Source: Candidatus Micrarchaeota archaeon (GTDB lineage Archaea; Micrarchaeota; Micrarchaeia; Anstonellales; Bilamarchaeaceae). Taken from it: 64,000 nt of DNA. The DNA is taken from assembly GCA_043800955.1 (NCBI GenBank), contig JAZDMN010000049.1, forward strand, positions 282 through 64,281. The letters run 5' to 3'. A program made the translations under genes and the position numbers. The notes below the pieces were generated by a model. It had not been told where the DNA came from. It made no database searches and worked only from the letters and a program-made list of their open reading frames with translations. The stretch's first letter is position 1; the number at the start of each line of letters is the position of its first letter. Positions 1 to 9,339 of this stretch are shown piece by piece.

Positions 1-1
1 C

Positions 2-448
2 GGCTTCAAGCAGAACGCCGAGCTTGCTGAAAGGGATTTGCTCGAAGGCGGGTCGGCTGCGGCAGGGAACATGAGCGACATAAGCAAGCTCCTATACCTC
101 GAAGTTATTGATGCGACTTTCTCGGTCGATGGGGTGGTGGGCGCTTTCGCATTCACCCTCGCAATCCCGCTTATCCTCGTAGGGAACGGCATCGGCGCGT
201 TCGTTGTGCGGGAGTTCACGATTCGCAACATTGAGAACGTGAAGAAGTACATTTTCCTGAAGAACGGCGCGATGTACTCGATTCTCTTCCTTGGGGCGAT
301 TATGATTCTTGACGGCTTCGGTTACCACATCCCGGCATGGCTTTCCCCGATTGTGACTTTCGCGGTGGTAGGCTTCTTCTTCTGGAAGTCGGTCGTCCAC
401 CTGAAAAAGAGCGGCGGCAAGGCCCCGCCGAAGCCCGCTGAGAAATAA
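2..448 (+). CDS. DUF475/TerC-like integral membrane protein (5'-partial)
   Basis: Motifs LYLEVIDATFSVDGVVGAFA and YIFLKNGAMYSI; frame is open to the window start. Confidence 0.8.
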   Translation, partial: GFKQNAELAERDLLEGGSAAAGNMSDISKLLYLEVIDATFSVDGVVGAFAFTLAIPLILVGNGIGAFVVREFTIRNIENVKKYIFLKNGAMYSILFLGAIMILDGFGYHIPAWLSPIVTFAVVGFFFWKSVVHLKKSGGKAPPKPAEK

Positions 449-513
449 AGGTAATCTTTTATTTGGTTGCGTATGCTAATAGAAAAACGCTTTTTGTGAA
501 ATGATTTTTTCAC

Positions 514-597
514 GCAGGGGTTGCCGAGTGGTCAAAGGCGCCAGGTTCAGGGCCTGGTCGGTTAGTCCGTTCGAGAGTTCAAATCTCTTCCCCTGCA
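514..597 (+). tRNA. tRNA-Leu(CAG), no intron
   Basis: GCAGGGG/CCCCTGC-A acceptor, CCAGG-TTCAGGG-CCTGG anticodon arm, long variable arm, GTTCAAATC T-loop. Confidence 0.95.
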
Positions 598-680
598 TCA
601 TGCTTCGTTCTAGTATCCTCAACTTTTTCGTCTTTTGCTTCGTCGTGCGGTCTGAGCACGGCAAATCGAAGGTTTGACGC

Positions 681-708
681 GAAGTGAACGGAAAGCCGTT
701 CACAACGG
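681..708 (+). repeat. GAAGTG-hairpin-CACAACGG element downstream of tRNA-Leu
   Basis: GAAGTGAACGGAAAGCCGTTCACAACGG; 26/28 identical to the minus-strand copy at 35286-35313 downstream of tRNA-Val. Confidence 0.8.
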
Positions 709-804
709 AATTCTATTAGCCTGTTCAACACACTTCTTTGGGCCCCTTCTTTTGGGGTCACAGAGCTGAAAAATAGCGACTTTCGCTCGATTTTCAAAGA
801 GAAA

Positions 805-1263
805 ATGGCATTCTTAAAAACAAAGCCCTGGATTGCTTGGCTCATGAGGCTTTTCCATCTCGCTGCTGCTGTTGCTTCGCTGTCCGCGCTAGAGGCGGTT
901 TTAGTTGCCCTGGGCGTCCTGCCTCCGGTTCTGTCCTATTCACCAGGAAACATTCTGTTTTCGCTCGCGAAGCTTGTGACAATCGCCTGTGCAGGGGTGA
1001 TTTTCGCGCAGGAAGGTCTGAAGAAAAGCGCGTTGAACGGCGCTATCTTGGGTGGTACCGGAGCCGCCTCCCTCTGCATTTTCAGCCTGCTGGGCTCCAT
1101 ATTGTTCGGCAAAATCGTTCTGGGGCTGCCGCCTGTCAACATCGCATCGCTTGTTATCCTGCTTGCTTTCACTATTATTACGAATGCCGTGCTCGGGACA
1201 ATAGTGGCCGCAATCGCCGGGTTTATTGCTATCCGTACCAGGAAACCGAATAAACGGAAATAG
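805..1263 (+). CDS. hypothetical membrane protein (about 4 TM helices)
   Basis: Hydrophobic ORF with basic C-terminal tail; start may be the later ATG (MRLFH). Confidence 0.7.
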   Translation: MAFLKTKPWIAWLMRLFHLAAAVASLSALEAVLVALGVLPPVLSYSPGNILFSLAKLVTIACAGVIFAQEGLKKSALNGAILGGTGAASLCIFSLLGSILFGKIVLGLPPVNIASLVILLAFTIITNAVLGTIVAAIAGFIAIRTRKPNKRK

Positions 1264-1320
1264 TAAACTTCCTTAAACGGCCCGGCGTGTTCCGCTTGAC
1301 GCAGATGCGGAATGCAGCTT

Positions 1321-2136
1321 TCATATCCTCAGGTACCCTGATTGGGAAGAGTGGCACTTGTTTTTTACAATTGCATCCTTTACCGCTTCCTTGCTCAGGT
1401 TTTCCAGCTCGCAAATGTCGTACATCGTCCCCAGGCTCTCTTTGTCATGGGCATCTGAATCAAAAACGCATGGGACGCCGAGTTTCCTGACGAGCTCTTC
1501 AAATCCCTCCCTCTCTGCAGGGCTGTAGCCCGGAGCGTCGCACTCCATCGCGTCAAACATAAGCAGATCATCTGCGCTGATTTTTTTCAGCCAGTTATTG
1601 GGCAATATCGTCATAGGATGGGCAGCTATTGCTATCCCGCCCTGCGCATGTATCCTTCGTATGGCTTCAGACAATGACAGGCCGCCAGTACAGGGTGGCT
1701 CCTGGTCGTCTCCGGTATCGTTGTTTTTCCTGCACTCCTCTTCCGCCGGATCTTTTGTTATGTCTATTGCGAGTATGTGGCCGTTCGGAGTGGTGAATTC
1801 CATCGAAGGGATGCACAACAGGCGCGTTTCGTTCCTGCATCTTTCCATGTAATCCGGGCAGACGTTATGGTCCGTAATCGCTATGAATTTGAAGCCCAGT
1901 TTCACAGATTCCTCAACCATCTCGTCGTAGCTGTTCTTCCCATCAGAACAGATAGTGTGCATGTGCAGGTTGCCTGAATAGAGATTTTTATCCGCATTTA
2001 ACGGTTTTGGGGCTGCCAGGCTGACCAGTACAATCAGGCCGGCAATCAAAACAAGCGCGAGGAGCGCATATTTCAGATAACCAATTCTATTATATTCAAA
2101 AAGCGAGATCGTTTTCTTCAGCTTTCCGTTTGCCAC
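1321..2136 (-). CDS. membrane-anchored PHP-domain metal-dependent phosphoesterase
   Basis: N-terminal TM helix; NLHMHT..SDG, AITDHN, AAHP and SDAH PHP motifs. Confidence 0.88.
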   Translation of the reverse strand: MANGKLKKTISLFEYNRIGYLKYALLALVLIAGLIVLVSLAAPKPLNADKNLYSGNLHMHTICSDGKNSYDEMVEESVKLGFKFIAITDHNVCPDYMERCRNETRLLCIPSMEFTTPNGHILAIDITKDPAEEECRKNNDTGDDQEPPCTGGLSLSEAIRRIHAQGGIAIAAHPMTILPNNWLKKISADDLLMFDAMECDAPGYSPAEREGFEELVRKLGVPCVFDSDAHDKESLGTMYDICELENLSKEAVKDAIVKNKCHSSQSGYLRI

Positions 2137-2373
2137 GCGGATAAAACGCCATTCAACTATAATAATTTGTGCTTCGGGCAGAATCTAAACCGTGGCACAT
2201 TCCTGCCACGCGGAAACGAACTGTGTGTCTCTATTTTCACCTAGAAAACTACGTAGCTCAGGCTAACGGGTTCGGGCCAGGCGTGCGGTCTGAGTTGAAT
2301 TTAGTACATCTGCTGATTTCAAAACAGGCAAATTCATGGAATTTGCCTCTGCTCTCAGAACTGTTCGGGGGTA

Positions 2374-2385
2374 TCTTCCCCTGCA
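2374..2385 (+). repeat. direct repeat of the tRNA-Leu 3' end (attR-like)
   Basis: TCTTCCCCTGCA is identical to 586-597. Confidence 0.6.
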
Positions 2386-2510
2386 ATTATCATTAACGGC
2401 TCATCCGCCATGGGTAAATGGGAATCATTGCGAACCCACCACGAAACGGTCGAGCAGGACCTGATACCTCATGACATGGAACGGCAGCGAACGCTTAATA
2501 ATCTTGATGA

Positions 2511-2972
2511 ATGGTTTTGTGCATGAGGCCGATTATCGCGTTGCTGCTGGTTTTAACATTTTTTGGCTGCGTGTCACGGCCGGAAGTCAGCGAGGATTCC
2601 ATGGGGGTTGTAGGTAATTGGAGGATATACTCCGAGGCAATAACCCTGGATACCGGTGGAACTGATTATTTGAAAGGTGTCCCGACAAGGGAGCTTGAGA
2701 TTCGTTCGGATGGGACATGGAACTACGGCGATTCATCTGGCACATGGACTGTTGAGCAGATTGGGGAAAGCGACTGGAAACGATGGGGGGTGGAACCCTA
2801 CAATCCGACAAGGAAGATCGTGCTTGATGGCTGGGCCGGCGTTAGTGGCGATGGGCCGATTGAGGAATCATCAGGCCAGATTGATTTCATCTGGGTCATC
2901 TATAGGTCCGGACCGCCTGTCACATCCGCCCCGGCACAGGTACAGATAAAATTCGGTCATACGAACAGTTAA
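2511..2972 (+). CDS. hypothetical secreted protein/lipoprotein
   Basis: Signal peptide ending FFGC; beta-rich body (VGNWR..GTWTV). Confidence 0.7.
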   Translation: MVLCMRPIIALLLVLTFFGCVSRPEVSEDSMGVVGNWRIYSEAITLDTGGTDYLKGVPTRELEIRSDGTWNYGDSSGTWTVEQIGESDWKRWGVEPYNPTRKIVLDGWAGVSGDGPIEESSGQIDFIWVIYRSGPPVTSAPAQVQIKFGHTNS

Positions 2973-3081
2973 TGTTTTTTTCCTGTTTTTCAACATTTAG
3001 AAGAAACTCGTCTTCAATTGGCGGCTAATCCCGAAGGAATCCCTCCAATGGCCCTGGAAAAGGATATGGAAAAAGGAAAAA

Positions 3082-3669
3082 TCAATACTGCTCACATAGC
3101 AGCATGTAGTAGCTCTTGTCATGGTCGCACGAGGGGCACTTTGCCGGCGGCTCGTTGCCTTCGTGCACATAGCCGCATTTCATGCATACCCACTTCACTT
3201 TTGCCGACTTCTTGAAGACGGTGCCTGCCTTGACCTGCTCAAGGAGCATTTTGTAGCGTGATTCGTGGTGCGCTTCGACCTTGCCAATCGAGCGGAGGCG
3301 CGATGCTTCGTCCGCGAAGCCTTCCTTCTGCGCCACATCCGCGAATTCAGGATACATTGTCGTCGTCTCGTAGTGCTCGCCTGCAATCGCAGCTGCGAGG
3401 TTCTCTGCGGTGGTCTTAACTACATGGGGGACTTCCATCTCGACTTTCGGGTCAAACCTGCTGCCGGTCTTTTCCATGACCGCATTCAGCATCCTCATGT
3501 TCCATTCCGCATGCTCAAGCTCGTTCATCGCCGTCGCGAGGAAGAGCTCCGCAATCTGCCGGTAGCCTTCCTTGGTGGCGATGCCTGCGTACATCGTGTA
3601 GCGGTTTCGCGCCATGCTTTCTCCGATGAATGCCTTCCCCAGATTCTCCAATGTCTTGTAATCTCCCAT
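3082..3669 (-). CDS. rbr: rubrerythrin
   Basis: AFIGESMARNRY, ELEHA and EAHH diiron motifs; C-terminal CMKCG...CPSC rubredoxin domain. Confidence 0.95.
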   Translation of the reverse strand: MGDYKTLENLGKAFIGESMARNRYTMYAGIATKEGYRQIAELFLATAMNELEHAEWNMRMLNAVMEKTGSRFDPKVEMEVPHVVKTTAENLAAAIAGEHYETTTMYPEFADVAQKEGFADEASRLRSIGKVEAHHESRYKMLLEQVKAGTVFKKSAKVKWVCMKCGYVHEGNEPPAKCPSCDHDKSYYMLLCEQY

Positions 3670-3724
3670 CAGAACACCTAACAACAATTTCAGTATATTT
3701 CAGTAGAATAAACCGGATTGTACG

Positions 3725-4963
3725 TTATTGGCCCTCTCCGTCTCCGACCTTGCCGAATTCAATCGGCTGCCTCGTGAAGACGCGCACTCCGGATGGCACG
3801 TTCTTGTTCACGACGACGCCGGAATGTATCTCGCATCCTGCGCCAATCAGCTTGCCCGGCATCGTGCAGGAGAGGACGCCGAATTTCGTATTATCGCCAA
3901 CGAAAGCCCCGAGCTTCTTCTTTCCCGAGTTCGCCCAGCCTTTTTCTGTAAGCACGTTCACATTATCGCCGTCGAAGCGGAAGTTCGCGATCTGTGTTCC
4001 TGAGCCGAAATTGACGTTCTCTCCTATGACGCTGTCGCCAATGTATGCCAGGTGCTTCGCATTGACATTGTCGAGCAGTATGCTGCTTTTCACGGTCGTG
4101 CCCGGCCCTATAGAACAGTTCTTGCCTATCGAGCAGAAGCCACGTATGCACGCGTTCGGCCCGATGGTCGTCCCCTCACCGATATATGCGCAGCCCTCTA
4201 CGTAGCTGTTGATTATCCTTGCACCAGGTTCCATGATGACCTTGCCTTCAATAGTCGAGTTTTCTATGTGGCCGCTCTTCGCCTCCATTTTCGAGAGCAG
4301 GTATTCGTTGGCCTCAAGCAGGTCCCACGGGTATGCGATATCCCGCCAATAGCCCGAGACGACAACGCCCTTCGCTCCCACGAAAAGGCTGGTAATCTCG
4401 TACTCGCCCCGCTCTGATTTCCCGATTGATTTCAGCTCGGAAAAGACCGTCGGCTCCATGCAATAGACCGAAAGGTTCGCCAGGTCGGACTTGGGGTGGG
4501 TAGGTTTCTCTTCGAAGATGCTTATCCGGTCGCCCGAAAGCTCCGCAACACCATATCCGTGCGGGTTCGCGACCTTCTTGAGCCCGACGGTTATTCCGCC
4601 GGAATGCGCATCCATTACTGCTTTGATAACAGATGCCTCTGTGACGATATCGCCTGCCAGAACAATAAATGTGTCATCGATATGCGGCTGTGCGCAGAGC
4701 AGCGCTGCTCCCGAGCCGTTCTCCGCTCCCTGCTCCACGAACGTGATTTTGAGGCCGAAATCGTTCTTCGAGACATATTCCACGATTTTTTCCTTCATAC
4801 GACGTACGACAATGACGGCTTCGGTTATGCCCGCCTTCTTCGCCTCGCATAGGAGGTTGTGGAGGATGGGCCTGCCTGCTGCATGGAGCATCGGCTTTGG
4901 CCTTGTCTCTGTGAGCGGCCGGAGGCGCACGCCGTCGCCGGCGGCAAGGATTATCGCTTTCAT
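3725..4963 (-). CDS. archaeal GlmU-like sugar-1-phosphate nucleotidylyltransferase/acetyltransferase
   Basis: ILAAGDGVRLRPLT..RPKPML N-terminus; hexapeptide-repeat C-terminus with HLAYIGDS. Confidence 0.9.
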   Translation of the reverse strand: MKAIILAAGDGVRLRPLTETRPKPMLHAAGRPILHNLLCEAKKAGITEAVIVVRRMKEKIVEYVSKNDFGLKITFVEQGAENGSGAALLCAQPHIDDTFIVLAGDIVTEASVIKAVMDAHSGGITVGLKKVANPHGYGVAELSGDRISIFEEKPTHPKSDLANLSVYCMEPTVFSELKSIGKSERGEYEITSLFVGAKGVVVSGYWRDIAYPWDLLEANEYLLSKMEAKSGHIENSTIEGKVIMEPGARIINSYVEGCAYIGEGTTIGPNACIRGFCSIGKNCSIGPGTTVKSSILLDNVNAKHLAYIGDSVIGENVNFGSGTQIANFRFDGDNVNVLTEKGWANSGKKKLGAFVGDNTKFGVLSCTMPGKLIGAGCEIHSGVVVNKNVPSGVRVFTRQPIEFGKVGDGEGQ

Positions 4964-5053
4964 GGATGGTTATCGCAAGAATCGCTTTAAGCCGTTTGTA
5001 TTTGCCATCATTCACATATATATTTATAAATTGTAACAAATAGATTCATCTGT

Positions 5054-5851
5054 ATGCGCCTGAGGAAAACACTTGCATTCTGCGGAGAAGAAGCGAAGAA
5101 GCCGCAGAAAATCAGGAAGCTCGCATTCGCATTGACATTTTCTTTGCCGCTCCTTGCAGCATGCGGAGCGCATGCCACATCGCTTAAATCCGGAAGCACG
5201 CTCCCGGCCCAACCGGTGGTGCAAGCCAGGCTTCAGGAACGCCAGAGGCCGACTAGACCAGCGGGACCAGCATGTGGTTCCGGGCTAGAAAGCCTCCTGC
5301 AACCTGGAGAGACCATCCGGCAGACCGTCTGCAGGTTCGGCAGGGATTATGTGATGACCAATACGAGCCTCCTTATCGTGACAAGGACCAGGGAGAGCAT
5401 TTCGTTCGAGCCTATTTCCCTTGCGATGTACGCGACCAGGACCGACATGGGCCAGCTTCAGGAGCAGGGCATAGCCGACTGGGAACCGAGCGAGGATTCG
5501 GTATTCGTTTTAACGAAGAACGACAGACTATTGACGAGACTTCCGAATGAGGGCATGGGTGACACCGTCCCGGCATATACAATGCCTTTCGATACGTCCG
5601 CACTCGGAAGCGAAAGCATGGTCTATTATTCAGGATTCCTCTTTATCGCGCCGCGCGGCGCCAACGTCATGGCACTCTCATTCGATGGGGGCTTTCAATC
5701 AAGGAGCCTTCCGCTCCGTTCGCAGTTAGCAGACGCCGGATTCTTCACAAGGAGTAATACTCTGATTTTCGGAAAAGCCGGCGTTGAGGAGACGGAGATG
5801 CGCGTGGAAGGAACCGGCATCAATAGCATACGGACGATAAGACGGATATAA
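5054..5851 (+). CDS. hypothetical protein, putative lipoprotein
   Basis: Basic N-terminus, hydrophobic stretch and LAAC lipobox-like motif. Confidence 0.65.
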   Translation: MRLRKTLAFCGEEAKKPQKIRKLAFALTFSLPLLAACGAHATSLKSGSTLPAQPVVQARLQERQRPTRPAGPACGSGLESLLQPGETIRQTVCRFGRDYVMTNTSLLIVTRTRESISFEPISLAMYATRTDMGQLQEQGIADWEPSEDSVFVLTKNDRLLTRLPNEGMGDTVPAYTMPFDTSALGSESMVYYSGFLFIAPRGANVMALSFDGGFQSRSLPLRSQLADAGFFTRSNTLIFGKAGVEETEMRVEGTGINSIRTIRRI

Positions 5852-5870
5852 AATAAAATGGGGAAAAAAA

Positions 5871-6536
5871 TCAGCTTCCCCTGCGCCTTCTTACCTCACT
5901 TATCGCGATGCGCTGATCGTTCGGGTTGCGGAGCATGGCATTATAGGCACTCGCATACCCTTCAGCGAATTGCGCGAACTCGGGCGTATTCTGGATTGTG
6001 CGACCTGAGACGGTTGCCCCTTCAGGAGTCGTTATCGCGATAATCGGATTCGGGCTTGCCGATAGCATGCGGCTGAGCTGGCCAGCCCTGCTTCCCTGGA
6101 CGGTCGTCAGTCCCCCCGAAACGAGGGCGGCGTTGGTCTGGACGCGATAGTGGCTCCCATCGATAGTCACATCGTAGACGAATGTCCTGACCGGGGCAGG
6201 CGTCTGCACCTCTGCAACCATCGTCGGACCTGGCCTGCTCGGTCCTGCAAGCATCAAGCCTGAGAACATCTCCGAGACCTGCCCGGGCTGGAGTTGGCTG
6301 AGCCTCCGCGTGGATGGCGATATCCGGCTCCAGCTGGCGTTGATTGTGTTGATGTCGTTCACCCATTCGGACTGCCGGGAGGTCAATACGACATTCTGCC
6401 CGCTGCGAAGGCGCTGGACGATGTCCATGAATTCCCTCGCCTGCACATCGGTATAGCCGCGGTGGACAAGCTTGTCCATGAAAATCCGCTCTGTTTCGGA
6501 TAATCGCGCTTCTGTAGGTCTTTGTGTTTGTGCCAT
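5871..6536 (-). CDS. hypothetical protein (paralog of 6548-7159)
   Basis: Long ORF; shares the FVYD(V/I)..G..YRV motif with its neighbour. Confidence 0.7.
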   Translation of the reverse strand: MAQTQRPTEARLSETERIFMDKLVHRGYTDVQAREFMDIVQRLRSGQNVVLTSRQSEWVNDINTINASWSRISPSTRRLSQLQPGQVSEMFSGLMLAGPSRPGPTMVAEVQTPAPVRTFVYDVTIDGSHYRVQTNAALVSGGLTTVQGSRAGQLSRMLSASPNPIIAITTPEGATVSGRTIQNTPEFAQFAEGYASAYNAMLRNPNDQRIAISEVRRRRGS

Positions 6537-6547
6537 TCATGCCACCC

Positions 6548-7159
6548 CTAGAGTCTCCTCGTGCTGCCCTCTTGCGGGACTTCCGTGATGCGGACAGCCG
6601 TGCTTTCGACGTATCTTCCGTTGCGGAACGTGAGGTTGAGATATGCGTCCCTGAAGAGGTCAAGCCTCTGGTTGGGCGTTCCTGCATTGAACCTCTGCTC
6701 GGCCTGGCTGGAACCGGGCATGGTCACCTGCGCAAGCGCAACTACGGGGCTTGCCGGATCGCTCGGATTCGCGTGCGTGACCAGCTGGTTGTTCAGCAGC
6801 AAATCATGAAGACGCCTCTGGGCATCCGCCAAATTAACGCCGCCGCCACGTAGCGTCGGTAGCGGCTCGGCAAGCGCGACGCGGTATGTCCTGCCTCCGA
6901 GGCTGATATCGTAAACGAACTGCTCGACGCGCCTTGGCGCAGGCTGCCTTCTGGATTGCGGCGCGGTCTCCACGGGTGACGAAGGCTGGGTGGAAGTCTG
7001 CTGCGTGCGGCGCGCCATCTCCTCGAGGAATTGGCGGATTTGTTCGCGCTGCTCCGGCGTGAACTGCACGCTCCTGATTCGCTGCACCAGTTCGCGCAGT
7101 GACTGGATTATGCTTTCAGTTTCTTCCCTTTCCGGCGGCCTCTTTTGAGCTTGCACCAT
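6548..7159 (-). CDS. hypothetical protein (paralog of 5871-6536)
   Basis: Long ORF behind an AT-rich promoter region; shared motif with neighbour. Confidence 0.7.
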   Translation of the reverse strand: MVQAQKRPPEREETESIIQSLRELVQRIRSVQFTPEQREQIRQFLEEMARRTQQTSTQPSSPVETAPQSRRQPAPRRVEQFVYDISLGGRTYRVALAEPLPTLRGGGVNLADAQRRLHDLLLNNQLVTHANPSDPASPVVALAQVTMPGSSQAEQRFNAGTPNQRLDLFRDAYLNLTFRNGRYVESTAVRITEVPQEGSTRRL

Positions 7160-7228
7160 AATATCACTTCCAATGCAACAATATTATATATGATAACATT
7201 TTTTAACCGGTTTATCATCAAATATCAT

Positions 7229-8269
7229 ATGCTCGAGCGAAAAAAGATAGAGGATATTCTCTCCAAATACAAGAAGTTCAAGATAGCTACCATTTGCTCT
7301 CATTCTTCGTTGCAGATTTTCAAGGGAGCGCGTGAGGAAGGCATCAAGACAATCGGCATTGTCCAGAAGGACAAGCGCAAGCTCTACGAATCCTTCCCGC
7401 TCGGGAGGCCAGACGAATTCATAGAAGTCGAGGACTACAAGGATATCCCGCTAGATTATCTTGTGGATGAGGAGGCCATATTGATTCCGCATGGCTCTTT
7501 CGTTGAATATGTCGGGGCGGCATTCGACGACCTTCCGGTGCCGGTTTACGGGAACCGGAGGAGCCTTATGTGGGAGCGCAGCCGGGAAAAGATGTTCCAG
7601 TGGCTCAAAAAAGCAGGCATCAAGACGCCACGCATCCTCAAGCCCGAAGAGATTGACGGCCCGGCCATGGTGAAGTTCCCGGGCGCCAAGGGCGGGCGCG
7701 GGTATGTCGTCGTCAGCTCAGAAGAGGAGTTCCGGAAAAGGGTCAATGAGAAGGAATACATGATACAGGAATTCCTGATAGGCGTGCGCGCCTATCCGCA
7801 TTATTTCTTCAGCCCCTTTCCAGGCCATGGATACAAGACGAAGCAGGGCGAATTGGAGCTGCTAGGCGTTGACCGGAGGGTCGAGAGCAGCGCGGACGAG
7901 ATTGCCCGAGCCGTGTCATTGGGCATGGACCCCAAGATGGCATTTACCGTCATAGGCAATGAGCCCCTGGTCCTGCGCGAATCGCTCCTTTCGGAATATA
8001 TGGAAATCGGGAGGACGATAAGCGAGACGTCGTTCGACCTCTTCGGCGGCCTCATCGGGCCCTTCTGCGTGGAGACGATAATAACCGAGGAGCTCGAGAT
8101 TTACGCTTTCGAAATCAGCGCGAGGATAGTCGCCGGAACGAACGTCTACCCTGAAGGCTCTCCGTATTCGGTCTATTACTACAAGGAGCCCATGAGCGCA
8201 GGAAGGCGGATAGCCAAGGAACTCAAGCGCGCGGCGAAGATGAAGAAGCTGAGTCAGATAGTCTACTAG
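7229..8269 (+). CDS. purP: FAICAR synthetase PurP (ATP-grasp)
   Basis: IATICSHSSLQIFKGAREEG, IPHGSFVEY and FEISARIVAGTN motifs. Confidence 0.92.
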   Translation: MLERKKIEDILSKYKKFKIATICSHSSLQIFKGAREEGIKTIGIVQKDKRKLYESFPLGRPDEFIEVEDYKDIPLDYLVDEEAILIPHGSFVEYVGAAFDDLPVPVYGNRRSLMWERSREKMFQWLKKAGIKTPRILKPEEIDGPAMVKFPGAKGGRGYVVVSSEEEFRKRVNEKEYMIQEFLIGVRAYPHYFFSPFPGHGYKTKQGELELLGVDRRVESSADEIARAVSLGMDPKMAFTVIGNEPLVLRESLLSEYMEIGRTISETSFDLFGGLIGPFCVETIITEELEIYAFEISARIVAGTNVYPEGSPYSVYYYKEPMSAGRRIAKELKRAAKMKKLSQIVY

Positions 8270-8281
8270 GCGGTCACTCAT

Positions 8282-8977
8282 ATGGCGCAAGACAGCGTAC
8301 CGAAGCACATCGCGATAATACCCGACGGCAACCGCAGGTGGAGCCAGAAGAAGGGGATTTCCAAGCAGGAGGGGTACGCAATTGGAATCCGTAAAATCGG
8401 AGACGTCCTCAAATGGTGCAAGGCGGCGGATGTCCGGATGCTTACCATGTGGGGATTTTCCACCGACAATTTCAAGCGGGACCGTGACGAGGTGGGCGGC
8501 CTCTTCGAGCTTTTCAAGGACAACCTCCGCAAGGCCATCGAAAGCGACGACCGGAACAAGGATGAGCTGCGCGTGCGCTTTTTCGGTCGCCTGTCGTTGT
8601 TCCCGCAGGAGATACAGGAGATGATAAGGAAGGCCGAAAGCATGACGGCGGGAGGAGAGCGGAAGTACCAGCTCAACCTGCTTTTATCTTACGGCGGCCG
8701 CGAGGAGATAGTCGATGCCGTGAACAAAATGCTTACGGAGGGCCTCAAATCCGTGGACGAGGAGGCTATAAGCGCTCACCTATATACGAAGGGCCTCCCG
8801 GACCCGGACCTTGTTATACGGACCTCGGGGGAGCAGAGGCTTTCGGGACTTATGCCGTGGCAGGCATGCTACAGCGAGTTCTATTTCTGCAGGAAGCTCT
8901 GGCCGGATTTCTCGAAGAAGGATTTCGGCGCTGCTTTGAAGGAATATGCCAAAAGGAAGCGAAGGTACGGCAAGTGA
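8282..8977 (+). CDS. uppS: cis-prenyltransferase (UppS family)
   Basis: HIAIIPDGNRRW, FSTDNFKR and RTSGEQRLSG motifs. Confidence 0.95.
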   Translation: MAQDSVPKHIAIIPDGNRRWSQKKGISKQEGYAIGIRKIGDVLKWCKAADVRMLTMWGFSTDNFKRDRDEVGGLFELFKDNLRKAIESDDRNKDELRVRFFGRLSLFPQEIQEMIRKAESMTAGGERKYQLNLLLSYGGREEIVDAVNKMLTEGLKSVDEEAISAHLYTKGLPDPDLVIRTSGEQRLSGLMPWQACYSEFYFCRKLWPDFSKKDFGAALKEYAKRKRRYGK

Positions 8978-9134
8978 GCCATACGCTCTCCTGCTTCGAT
9001 ATCCTGCGCTTGTATCGCTCCATCATGTCCCGGACCATCTCTGCCTGGTCGGCCGCGAAAAAGATGTGGGCAATCCCGTAGGACAGCACGGCCGGCAGGG
9101 GGGAAGCGCCCGCGCAGGCTGCAGAGGCGACACG

Positions 9135-9142
9135 AATATAAA
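9135..9142 (+). promoter_or_regulatory. TATA-like box upstream of tRNA-Phe
   Basis: AATATAAA about 30 nt upstream of the tRNA 5' end. Confidence 0.5.
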
Positions 9143-9170
9143 CCGTTGCGATAGAGTTCATATCAACTTA

Positions 9171-9339
9171 GCCGCAGTAGCTCAGTGGGAGAGCACACCT
9201 GCCTCTTTTAGGATTTATTTAGCTAAAAGAGACTGTGAAGCTGAAGACTCTCGATGAGTTGAAGGCCCTGTTTTGGGCCGCTTTTTTACTAAAAAAGGCG
9301 GAAACGGTGGGGTCGCTTGTTCAAATCAGGCCTGCGGCA
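9171..9339 (+). tRNA. tRNA-Phe(GAA) with introns at 30/31 (9200-9239) and 37/38 (9247-9303)
   Basis: Spliced product GCCGCAG TA GCTC AGTGGGA GAGC A CACCG CTGAAGA CGGTG GGGTC GCTTG TTCAAAT CAGGC CTGCGGC A; intron 1 has a BHB with CACA/TGTG central helix. Confidence 0.9.

Noticed and set aside
5025..5042. TTGTAACAWATA shared upstream of orphans at 5054 and 19605
   Set aside because: Only two instances in AT-rich promoter DNA; not enough to call a regulon
8850..9161. 103-aa minus-strand ORF between uppS and tRNA-Phe
   Set aside because: Overlaps uppS by 128 nt and the tRNA promoter; no recognisable motif, though it could be a gene remnant
9241..9319. Hammerhead-like core CTGAAGA...GAAAC...GTC in tRNA-Phe
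   Set aside because: The motifs are explained by the anticodon loop, intron end and variable loop; stems I and III do not form in the required register
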